NCBI GenBank assembly: GCA_964016885.1
Contig: OZ024741.1
Coordinates: 389,050,001 to 389,114,000, forward strand
Length of the DNA: 64,000 nucleotides
Direction of reading: 5' to 3'
Source of the DNA: Eledone cirrhosa
Taxonomy: Eukaryota
The notes under the pieces were generated by a model. The model saw only the letters and a program-made list of their open reading frames with translations, made no database searches and was not told the origin of the DNA. Each line of letters begins with the position of its first letter. Position 1 is the stretch's first letter. Positions 1 to 10,739 of this stretch are shown in pieces. A program made the translations under genes and the position numbers.

Positions 1-1130
1 CATGCAGCACTCGGCATCAAACTTATCGAGTACAGCCGACTGATTTTACACCCACCAGTTGTGATGTCACTTACAGCCCAGCTGTGCATGTCAATCCTGT
101 TCATGAAAATAAACAGTACACACCCTTGGCAGAGTCTGATACCCACATTTAATAGTTTCGATGTAGCACCATTTATCTGAACATAAGTACTCGGGCATTC
201 ATGTAGAAACATCAGGGCAGCAAGAAGCTGACCATTGATCCCATACTTCTGCAGAACCTTCCACAGCAGGTTGCGAAGTACACGATCATATGCCTTTTTG
301 AGACCTACAAAACAAGAATATACCTCTTGGCAATACTCCCATGATTTTTTGAAGACCTGCCACAGTGTGAATATCTGGTCGGCAGTGCTGTGTCCAGGGC
401 AAAAACCACACTGTTCATCAGCTAGCTTGGACTCTACAATCTCCCTGCATCTGTTTGCCAGACACTTAGCATAGACTTTACTAGGGAGGCTTAACAAAGG
501 GATCCCTCTGTAATTGGAACAATCTCTCTTGTCTCCCTTATGGAAAATTGGGATTATCACTCCTGATTGTCATTGCTTAGGTGCCTTTCCATCCAGAGAT
601 CCAGGCCACCCGACACACACAAGTCAGCCAGAGAATACCTTCTCTATTTAAGGTTTTTAATATCTCAGGCCAAATTTCCTCTTCTCCAATGGCCTTGTCA
701 CATTTGAGCTCTTTAATTGCTCTTGTGACCTGAGCCTCTGAGAAATTAGTCACCTCTCCCAGATGCACCTTGTGTACATCTGAAGATGTTGTGATTAGGT
801 TTAGGAGATCAGAAAAATATTCTCTCCACCTCACGAGGATACACTTCTCTGAATAGAAGAGAACCCCAGACGTATTCCTGATAGCAGGTGTGGAGGAGGG
901 CTTCTTATTACAAAGTCGGCGGATGGTCTGCCAGAACACTTTATTTGCTGATCTGAAGTTGGATTCCAGCTTAACCCCAAAAGATCCCCATGTCTTAACT
1001 TTGGACACCTTCACTTTCTCTGCTGCGATTCTTCATGCAAGAAGGAGGACTTGTTTCCAAGTCAAGCTTTGTAGGCTTCTTTCTTTGCTCAAATGGCATC
1101 TTTGACCTCTTGATTGAACCAAGGGGTCTT
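1..1130 (-). mobile_element. Decayed RTE-clade LINE fragment (family A): ORF2 linker plus start of RT; runs off the window edge
   Basis: Minus-strand translation gives RT-like motifs across frameshifts: KTPWFNQEVK, ...ANKVFWQTIRRL..., RWREYFSDLLN, RGIPLLSLPSKVYA, FVGLKKAYDRV. Confidence 0.85.
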
Positions 1131-1547
1131 CATGCTATCCAGCACCACACCAAGCCAAACTACATCTCATCTAATTTCACCCTTTCTTGCGCTAATATTC
1201 TCTCTGCCACTTTCATAACCTGATCCATCAGTTATATACCTCTATAATTGCTCCTCTCCAGAGCATCCCCTTTACCTTTGTAGCAATTTATGAGTATACT
1301 GCTGCACCAGTCTTTGGGTATGACACCACCATATATAACTTGATTGATGATGTGTGCAACCAGTTTAATGCCTACTTTACCTGATGCCTTCAGCATCTCA
1401 GCAACTATCCCCGACGGTCCAGCAGCCTTACCATTCTTCATTTCTTTAATTACCTCTTGTACCCTATATTCGTCAATCTCAATAGCTGGTCCCTCTGTTG
1501 GGTCTACTGGGGGTAATTTCTCACTCTCCCATTCATTCTCCACATAA
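1131..1547 (-). mobile_element. Internal RT fragment of a divergent member of the PHD-RTE LINE lineage
   Basis: ORF 1232-1621 contains MKNGKAAGPSGIVAEMLKASG...IPKDWCSSILINCYKGKGDALERSNYRGI, collinear with the 690-aa ORF at 31239-33311. Confidence 0.85.
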
Positions 1548-1593
1548 GTTAGACATGGCCTGGGCCAATACTGGCCGAAACCTATCAAAGTTA

Positions 1594-2222
1594 TCATCAT
1601 CATCATCATCATCATCATCATCGTTTAACGTCCATCTTCCACGCTTGCATGGGTTTGGACGGGAATTTTCCCACTTGAGGCAAGATTGGTTGTCTTGCTC
1701 GTATAGGACTGTTTGGCGGCTTTTCTACGGCTGGATGCCCTTCCTAACACCAACCACATTTACAGTGTGGACTGGGAGGTTTTTACCATGTTACCTACAC
1801 GGCCACATTACAGCTTGGACTGTGTTTTTTTGTTGTGACACCTACACGACCTCATTTATTTTGGACTGGATATTGTGGTACCAACATAACTTTACATCAA
1901 AAGGGGTGGGGGGTGGGGTGTATTTTGTTAGAGGTGCCTACTGACTGTAGGTTTCGCTTTGTACTTAGGCAAGGCGGGTCTTCTGTATTACTGTGTAGTG
2001 CCAAAGATCTCTGTCCTGTGACATTGTCTTGGAGAGGTGTAAGTGTGTGAGGTCGGAATTTATCAGGTCGTCCCAGGTTTTTCTGGGTCTGCCTACTCCA
2101 TGGCTACAGTCTATTTTTATCACCCTGCACTTTTTTATACAGCTGTCGTCTTTCATGCACCTCACATGACCATACCAACATAGTCTTCTCTTGAGTAAAC
2201 AACATCTGATTCCTCTTATTCA
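1594..2222 (-). mobile_element. 3' fragment of PHD-RTE LINE subfamily B (ORF2 C-terminus, 3'UTR, (GAT)n tail)
   Basis: MKDDSCIKKCRVIKIDCSHGVGRPRKTWDDLI; (CAT)n run at 1594-1622; closely matches 38366-39060. Confidence 0.9.
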
Positions 2223-2237
2223 TATATATATATATAT

Positions 2238-2674
2238 ATCTCCAAGACAATGTCACTGGACCGAGATCTTTGGCGCTACGCAGTAATACAGTACAAAGCG
2301 AAACCTACAGTCAGTAGGCACCTCTTAACCAAAATACACCCCCATCCCACTACCCCTACCCCACCCCCGTCAACATCACCCCTTTCAATGTAAAGTTATG
2401 TTGGTACCACAACATCCAGTCCTAAATAAATGAGGTTGTGTAGGTGTCATGACAAAAAAAACACACAGTCCACGCTGTAATGTGGCCGTGTAGGTAACAC
2501 GGTAAAAACCTCCCAGTTCCACACTGTAAATGTGGTTGTTGTTAGGAAGGGTATCCAGCCATAGAAAACTTGCCAGACAGTCCCATACGAGTGAGATGAC
2601 CAATCTTGCCTCACGTGGGACAATTCCCGTCTAAACCCATGCTAGCATGGAAGATAGACGTTAAACGATGATGA
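2238..2674 (+). mobile_element. 3' fragment of PHD-RTE LINE subfamily B, opposite orientation to the adjacent copy
   Basis: Reverse complement of ~1610-2035; ends aacccatgctagcatggaagatagacgttaaacgatgatgat. Confidence 0.9.
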
Positions 2675-2696
2675 TACATGTGTGTGTTTATGTATG

Positions 2697-2744
<48 letters not shown>

Positions 2745-2745
<1 letters not shown>

Positions 2746-4188
2746 CATCATCATCATCATCACCGTTTTACGTCCGTTCTTCCACGCTAGCATGGGTTAG
2801 ACGGGTTGTTCTGTTGTGTGCAGTGTCTGGTCGGCTGACCATGCCTTGCTCATACATGAACTGATCTGGCTTGATTTCTACAGCTGGATGCCCTTCCTAA
2901 CACCAACCTCATTTACAGTGAGTGCTGGGTGCTTTTTCCGTGGCGCCTACACGTCCACTTTATAGTGTGGGCTGGGTGCTTTTTTGCCGTGGCACCTCCA
3001 CGACCACCTTGCAGTGGGAGGGTGTGGGGGCATATTGTCTATATGCTTCAGCATGTACCCATGGGAGGTCGGGTACTCTGTATTACTGCGTGACGCCAGA
3101 AGTCACGGTCGTGTGTCATTGTCTTTGAGAGGTGTAATTGGATAAGGTCGGCTTTTATCACCTCATCCCAGGTCATCTTGGGTCTCCCCACTCCGCGGTT
3201 TCCACCAACTTCTAGTGCTCTGCACCTTTTTATGCAGCTGTCATCCTTCATACGCATCACATGTCCATACCAGCGCAACTGCCTCTCCTGCACACAGCAT
3301 TTGATTCCTCTTATGCTCAGTCTCTCTCTCAATTCATTTATGCTTTGTCGTTCGCGTATATTACTATTACACATCCATCGGAGCATGCAGGCTTCGTTTC
3401 TTTCTAATCTATGTAAGTCTTCCACCTTCAGTGCCCAGGTCTCACTACCATGTAACATTGCTGTTCAGACACACGCATCATACAGTCTGCCTTTTATTTT
3501 GAGGGAGAAGCCTTTTGCAGCTAGCAGTGGCAGTAGTTCCCTGAACTTCTTCCATCCCGTTCTTACCCTAGTTATTGTACTTTCTGAACACCCACCTCCG
3601 CTGCTAATTCGGTCACCTAGGTAGCAGAAGCTGTCTACTGTTTCTACAGAGCCCTCCCAGAGATTGGTGGTACTTGTTTCCTGTGGCTGTTTGCTGCTTG
3701 CTGTGCCAGCACAGCTGCTGCATGTGAAGCCTACATTCTTAATTAAGCTTCCTGAGATCTCGCTACATCTCTTGTGTACCCATTGTTTGCATTTAGGGCA
3801 GAGAATGGAGTTCCTACCTACACCTTTCCTACACACTGAGCAAGGCCATTTCCCTGAGGGGATCTGGGTTCTGTTTTCTCGTCTACTTACAAGGACCTTA
3901 GTCTTTGTCATGTTGACTTTGAGACCCTTTCTTTCTAGTCCCTGCTTCTAAGTTTGGAATTTCTTCTCTAGTTCTACCATAGATTCAGCTATAAGTGCGA
4001 GGTCATCAGCATACAGGAGTTCCCATGGGCATCCGGTCTTAAACTCCTCCATTATTGCCTGCAGGACTATGATGAACAGGAGAGGGCTAACAACAGAGCC
4101 CTGGTGGACCCCAACCTGTACGCTAAATTCCTCGCTATACTCATTGCTAATCCTAACTTTGCTAACTGCTCCCCTATACATGGCTTGT
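2745..4188 (-). mobile_element. 5'-truncated PHD-RTE LINE subfamily A copy with premature stops
   Basis: GVHQGSVVSPLLF, LLYADDL, PHD-like CSVC..CPKC..WVHKRC..CSSC, FCYLG; near-identical to 30934-32376; stops where the intact copy has TGG and CGA; (CAT)n tail at 2745. Confidence 0.95.
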
Positions 4189-4300
4189 ATGTATATATGT
4201 ATGTATATATATATATGTGCGTATGTATATATATATATGTGTGCGTGTGTGTGTATGTGTGTATGTATATATATATGTGTGTATGTATGTATATATATGT
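4189..4300. repeat. (TA)n/(TG)n compound microsatellite
   Basis: Alternating TA/TG dinucleotides seen directly. Confidence 0.95.
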
Positions 4301-4895
4301 GTGTTGGTGCTACTGGTAACATGTATCCCAGTACAACCTGTCCCATGGTTGGGTCGTTGGCGACTAAACTGGCAACCTCACCAAGGTTTCTTGGTGAGGA
4401 GGGTGACTTTTGACATCCTTCAGGACTAAAAGCAAAACCTGTCAAAGTGCAAAGGAGCTCTTAAGACTCAATGGCCATCCAAAATCACCGGGAGAGATGA
4501 CCCCTTAGCCTTTGTCAAGGCAGAATTCTAGGAGGAGGAAAACTCTGATATAACACCTGCAACCCTGATGGTATCCAATAATGTTGACTTCTTCTTTTTG
4601 GTAAATATCATCTTGGTTAAGAGAGTGGGACTGGCTTTGTACAGTGCCTTTGCTCACTATAAAAGCTTCACGGCACAGGCATTGCTTTATATCTGGAGAT
4701 CTCTCTGCACTTGTCGTCACATGGAACCATGGGCCCAGCACTGTGTGTCAATAATTGTCACAAGTGTAGTGTTTGTACCAGAGTTTTCAAGTCACTGGCT
4801 GGACTAAAAAGTCACACTTGTTCAGCGCATCGATAGGGGTTCTCCTATATGGATATAAAGTAGTGGCCGTACTCGAAAACGAGTTGGCAGCCACC
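4301..4895 (+). mobile_element. Probable 5' UTR portion of an RTE-type LINE
   Basis: GC-richer island between microsatellites; motif ctaggaggaggaaaactctgat resembles RTE 5'UTRs as recalled; perfect 10-bp hairpin at 4376-4399. Confidence 0.4.
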
Positions 4896-4926
4896 ATATA
4901 TATATATGTGTGTGTGTGTATGTATG

Positions 4927-4977
<51 letters not shown>

Positions 4978-5207
4978 TGTGTATGTATGTATGTATATAT
5001 ATATATATGTCTGTGTGTGTGTATGTATGTATATATGTGTGTGTATGTATGTATATATGTGTGTGTATGTATGTATATATGTGTGTGTATGTATGTATGT
5101 ATATATGTGTGTTTGTATGTATATACGTATATATATATATATGTGTGTGTATATACATATATATATATATGTGTGTATTTATATATATAAATATATGTGT
5201 GTGTATG

Positions 5208-5238
<31 letters not shown>

Positions 5239-5295
5239 GTGCGTATGTATGTATATATATATATGTGTGTGTATATATGTATATATATATATATT
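4896..5295. repeat. Long (TA)n/(TG)n/(TATG)n microsatellite
   Basis: Seen directly. Confidence 0.97.
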
Positions 5296-5973
5296 GTTAT
5301 ACTTTGGGAGGGTCATGTTGCCAATAAGAAACACACGCACCAGTTGCTTTCATTCCAATTTATTATAAATTAAATTATAAATTTTAAAAAATTTATAAAT
5401 TTCTAGTTGGTTGGTTGGTTCCACAACCGGACGGTTGTTCATATATTGTCAAAGTTCTTTCGTCACACATTATGTGACCTCATCAGTGACTGGGGATTCT
5501 TTTCTTTTTTTTTGTGCCTCTCCTTTGTTCTGTCCTACGCCATCTTGTTTTTGTGTGTGTTGTGTGCTTAGTTTGCGCATGTGTTACATCCGGGTGTCCA
5601 TGTGTGTTTTTATTTGTTTATTTACATGTTACTAGTTGGTTGTTTGTTTTATGTGTGTGTCTTTTCATTTTGACCTTAATTGTAAGTTGTGATGTTGCTA
5701 TTCCATTCATGTTTTCTATTTAATTTTGGTTGGAGTTCATTTATGTTTATTGCCTCTGTGATTTGTCTAAACATTGCGTCTTTTCTGTGTGTAGATTTTA
5801 TTTTTATTTCTATGTTCTCTAATTTGCCCTTATGCTCTATTCAGTACTCCACCAACATGCTAAAATAGAGCATAAGGACAAATTAGAGAACATAGAAATT
5901 GATAATAAATTGGAGTGAAAGCAACTGGTGCGTGTGTTTGTTATTGGCAACATGACCCTCCCAAAGTATAACA
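5296..5973. mobile_element. Penelope-like (pseudo-LTR) or foldback remnant with nested inverted repeats
   Basis: 5296-5365 is the reverse complement of ~5902-5973; 5807-5841 is the reverse complement of ~5863-5898; contains a hammerhead-like motif. Confidence 0.6.
5447..5490 (-). ncRNA. Minimal type I hammerhead ribozyme-like motif (slightly degenerate)
   Basis: Minus strand reads gtca-CTGATGA-g-gtcaca(taatg)tgtgac-GAAA-gaac-TT-tgac: stem I, catalytic core, stem II and a very short stem III. Confidence 0.6.
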
Positions 5974-6087
5974 ATATCGTTTTCAACACACATTTTCAGA
6001 TAAAGAATCTTGCTAAACAAATTCAAAAACGAAATATATATATATGTATATATATATATGTGTGTGTATATATGTATATATATATAT

Positions 6088-6696
6088 ATGGAAGCATGGT
6101 CTAGAATCAAAAGGCCTTAAAGTTAACTTGTCTAAGACTAAAGTTCTAGTTTGTAGAAAGGAAAATAGGGCACAGGTGCCCTCAGGGAAATGGCCATGCT
6201 CAGTGTGTAGGAAAGGAGTAGGCAGAAATTCCATTTTATGTCCCAAATGCAAAGTGGGTACATAAAAGACCGAGATCTTTGGCGCTACGCAGTAATACAG
6301 AAGACCCGCCTTGCCTATGTACAAAGCGAAACCTACAGTCAGTAGGCACCTCTTAACCAAATATACACCCCAATCTACTACCCCTACCCTATCCTCCCAC
6401 TCCCACCAACAGCACGAGAAAATGTGATCGAGTTCATGTAGGTGTCACAACAAAAAAACACACACAGTTCACGCTGCAATGTGGCCATGTAGGTAACACG
6501 GTAAAAAGTTCCCAGTTCCCCACTGTAAATGTGGTTGGTGTTAGGAAGGGCATCCAGCCGTAGAAAACCTGCCAGATAGTCCTATATGAGCGAGACACGG
6601 TCACCCAACCAGCCTTGCCTCAAGTGGGACAACTCCCATCTAACCCATGCTAGCGTGGAAAATGGACGTTAAATGAAGATGATGAGATGATGATGA
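6088..6696 (+). mobile_element. Internally deleted PHD-RTE subfamily B copy
   Basis: WKHGLESKGLKVNLSKTKV...WPCSVCRKGVGRNSILCPKCK joined near 6268 directly to the ORF2 end and 3'UTR; (GAT)n tail. Confidence 0.88.
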
Positions 6697-6744
6697 TATA
6701 TATATGTGTGTGTATATGTATATATATATATATGTGTGTGTGTG

Positions 6745-6775
<31 letters not shown>

Positions 6776-6894
6776 ATGTATATATATATATATGTGTGTG
6801 TGTGTATATATGTATATATATATGTGTGTGTATATATATGTGTGTGTATGTGTGTGTGTGTGTGAGTGTATATATGTGTGTATGTATATGTGTG

Positions 6895-6925
<31 letters not shown>

Positions 6926-6932
6926 ATGTGAG

Positions 6933-6963
<31 letters not shown>
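6697..6963. repeat. (TA)n/(TG)n/(CA)n microsatellite
   Basis: Seen directly. Confidence 0.97.
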
Positions 6964-6964
<1 letters not shown>

Positions 6965-7058
6965 AATTTTATAGGCCCTGGCATGACAAAAGAATATAAA
7001 GCTTTTGGGAAATAATCCCAGGATATCATCAACATAGAAAATAAATAAGTATTAATGT

Positions 7059-7215
7059 AATAATTGTTTCTACTTTTGGCACAAGGCCAGCAATTATTTC
7101 AGTGTATTACTGTACTTTATTTTATAGACCCCATAGGGATGAAAGGCAAAGTTAACCTCGGCAGGATTTGAACTGAGACCATAAAGTGCCGTAACTCTAT
7201 GCTACAAAGGCCCTT
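7059..7215 (-). mobile_element. tRNA-derived SINE family 1, partial
   Basis: Matches the family body aattgtttctacttttggcacaaggccagc...ggatgaaaggcaaagttaacctcggc. Confidence 0.85.
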
Positions 7216-7689
7216 TATGTGCTCAGTTCAAATCCTGCTGTGGTTACTATTAATGTAATTATAACAGTAGTTCTTTAAAAAATATCTCTTTACATGTTTT
7301 AGCTAATTACATCATATTAACATAATGTGAAGTAACTGATCAATGGCGTCTCTGTTCTGTAATATTTGAATTACTCAGCTAAATTTATATTGTATCTCCC
7401 CTCCCCAATTTACACCTTTTCTAGTCTTAATACCCTTGCCCTCACCAACTAAATTCCCCACTCACTTCATCCCTGTCCAACTTACACGCTCCTATAGTAC
7501 CTCTTTGCTCCAGCACTACATACAAGTGTGGAAAGTAGTACACACTCCAAATCTTCTCCCACCTCCCATAATGTTGCTTCCACAACAAAATGCATTGTAT
7601 CTACACTGACCACATCTTAACACTGCCCTTTCACCAGCTCAGTACCCCACCTTAGATCTATCCCTTCAATCCACATCGTGCATACACAC

Positions 7690-8098
7690 ACAACACCCTC
7701 CTTAAACCACCACCTTCCACATTTGATACACCTCTCTTATCTAACCCATGCATATAAGCACAGAAAGCTGGACCCCCCCCCACACACACACACACACAAT
7801 GCTGCTAAATTGGCTAAAAGCTCCCAGTTCACCCTGTAAGCTGGTCATACTGGTGACACAACAAAAGTTCACCATATAAGGGACTCATACTGGTGACACA
7901 ACAAAAGAGCATCCAGTCCACATTAAATGTAGTTGGAGTCAGGAAGGGCATCCAGCCATAGAAACCAAGCCAGAAACAGTTCTGTTTGAGCAAGACATGA
8001 GCATCTGATCTGACTTTTCTCACAACAGGACAACTCATCTAACCCATACTAGTGTGGGAAAATGGATGTTAAACAGTGGCGGTGGTGATGATGATGAT
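7690..8098 (+). mobile_element. Old RTE-related 3'UTR remnant with (GAT)n tail
   Basis: ggaagggcatccagccatagaaa...ctaacccatactagtgtgg...atgatgat, shared with the RTE 3' ends; reverse-matches 27215-27620. Confidence 0.7.
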
Positions 8099-9134
8099 AA
8101 TTTATCAACTAAATCTCTATTTGAATTAGAATTAAAGAGTTCTTATAAAATTTGGCATTAAAACTTACCTTGTTAAAAATGGCAAAGACGCTGCATTTTA
8201 TTTCTACCCCTTGGCTCTTGAAAACTTATGGAAGCATGGTTGTTGCTGTTTTTAATATAAGTTAAATCCCTGTTTACATAATTGAAAATTTCTTTACAGA
8301 TTTCTACATTGGCACATAAATAGGTATCTAATTTGTTCTTTTTTTTTTACTCTACTCAATGAAGATTATATTCCTCCTTGACCATTTTTTCATCAATGAT
8401 CTCTTCTAAATGTTCAAGATTAACTCCTTATATACCAATGATATTTATTCATTTCTCAATCTCTTTCTATCCTCAATGGAATTTATATATTTCAATTAAC
8501 CTTCTTCCTCAGCATATGCCCCCAAAGAGTTCTCAAAGCATATTTAGTGTTACAGAACATAAATGGAGATTTTCCACTCTTCATGAACACTCCCAAATTT
8601 ATACAAATCCCATTCACTAAATATATTAAAACTTTACAACAAACATCTTTTATTTTATTTCATTTTCTGCAAATTTGTCATTTTCAATAAATTTTGTTGA
8701 AAGAGCCTTAATTTCTTTTGGGAATAAAGGGAAAAAATACTTGAATTCTTAAAACCTAAGTAAACTGCTTATGTATTTGAAAAAGTACAATCCTTTATTA
8801 AGCAGCTTACTATCAATTGCAACCTGACATAAATATTGAAAAGTAATGTAAAACAAAACTAGAACACCAGAAATATATACAACAGTCAATTTCATTTAAG
8901 CAGAACATGAAATACCATCTTTCCTAGAAAATAACTTTCAAGAAATAAAGGTATTAACAAAATGGTTTTTAAGAAAAATTTCAATGATGGCAATTATTTA
9001 TAGCCTTTCTGTGATATGAAATATAACAGCAGGATATAGAATAATTATAAGTATTAATAGCTACACCTCATTGTATACTGTAATATCAGACATCACTAAT
9101 CTAACTCATTTACATAAAGTAACCTAAAATATTA

Positions 9135-9720
9135 AACCCTGACATATATATAAGGTTGATAGAAAATTCTTATTCTGGACAATGGTACATTCATAGCCCC
9201 GACATATGTATGTATAGGGAATTTGTTAATAAAAAATGGTTATTTGAAAACAATGGCGCACAGACGCACAAACACGCATGCATGGATGCAGCTCTGACAT
9301 ATGTGTAAGGTATGTATTGATAGAAAACATTCATTCTGGACAATGGCACACTCATAGCCCTGGCATATGTATAATATATTTGTTGATAAAAAATACTTAT
9401 TTGAAGACAGTGGCACACATACATACGTGGGTGCAGTCCTGACATATATATAACCTGCATGTTGATAGAAAATGCTCATTTTGGACAATGGCTCACTTAT
9501 AGCCCTGACATATATATAAGGTATGTGTTGATAGAAAATACTCATTCAAAGACAATGGCACACACACACACATGCGGGTGCAGCACTAACATATGTATAA
9601 GAAGTTATGTGATGATAGAAGTTATTCATTCTGGACAATGGCACATAGAGAGAGAGAGCTCTGATATATGTATAAGGTGTGTGCTGACAGAAAATACTAA
9701 TCCTAGACAATGGAACACAT
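9135..9720. repeat. Degenerate minisatellite, ~8 units of ~60-95 bp
   Basis: Recurring ctgacatatrtrtaagg...gttgatagaaaa...cattctggacaatggcacac. Confidence 0.85.
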
Positions 9721-9764
9721 GGTTTTGTGTTTGGCCATTTATGATTGGAAAATATTTGTAGAAG

Positions 9765-10175
9765 TTTCATAATAATAATTGTTTCTACTTTTGGTACAAG
9801 GCCAGCAATTATCCCAGTGCATTACTCGTGCTTTATTTTATCACGCCCGTATGGATGAAAGGCAAAGTTAACCTCGGCAGGATGTCAACTCAGACCGTAA
9901 AGGACCGTAACTCTATGCTGCAAAGCATAGAGTACGACCCTCTACCGATACTGCCAATCCACCGCCCTTTCATAATAATAATTGTTTCTACTTTTGGCAC
10001 AAGGCCAGCAATTACCCAGTACATTACAGGTACTTTATCGACCCCGTAAGGATGAAAGGCAAAGTTAACCTCGGCGGGATTTGAACTCAGACCGTAAAGG
10101 GATGTAACTATACTGGAAAGCATGGCATCCGACTCTCTACCGATTCTGCCAATCCACCGCTTTCATAATAATAAT
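9765..10175 (-). mobile_element. Two tandem full-length family 1 SINEs
   Basis: Minus-strand head ggcggtggattggcag(a/t)atcggtagag (A box) and gagttcaaatcc (B box, second copy); tttcataataataat at 9765, 9968 and 10161. Confidence 0.92.
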
Positions 10176-10739
10176 GGTTCTAAATGAGCAGTGACCTCTT
10201 TCAAATGGTTTTGTTCAACTGTGATAAAATGCATTCAGTACAATCTATAAAGTGGTTGGCTTTAGGAAGGGTATCCAACTGAAGAAACGATGCCAAACAA
10301 AAAATGAAGAGGACTCCTCAATTATGTCAAGGACATGACAACCTCTCTAGTGCTGAGGCCATTATAAAATGTACCCAGTGTACTCTGTAAAGTGCTAAAA
10401 TATATGTAGAGATGCGGCTCCTTGTCCATCTGAGAGGTCAGTAGCTCCAATTAAGTACTGACTTGGTGTGTGATAACTCTTCTAACCCATGCCAGCATGG
10501 AAAAGTTGATGTTAAAGGATGATGATGATCATCATCATGAGATTTGAATGACTTGACACAACTATCTCTTAAAGCAACAGAATTTGATTGTATCTAACAG
10601 TAAATAATAATTTAACAAAATTTAGAATTCTGCTCTAGAAGTTGAAGAAAACAATTTTGATGCAATCATTGATACGTATTTGAAATTTCAAAAATGCACT
10701 GTAATTGTTGTTTGTTTGGAATGGTTTTTCAGTCATTGT

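Noticed and set aside
4069-7035. ORFs rich in Y/I/C/V/H/T
   Set aside because: Translations of TA/TG/CA microsatellites.
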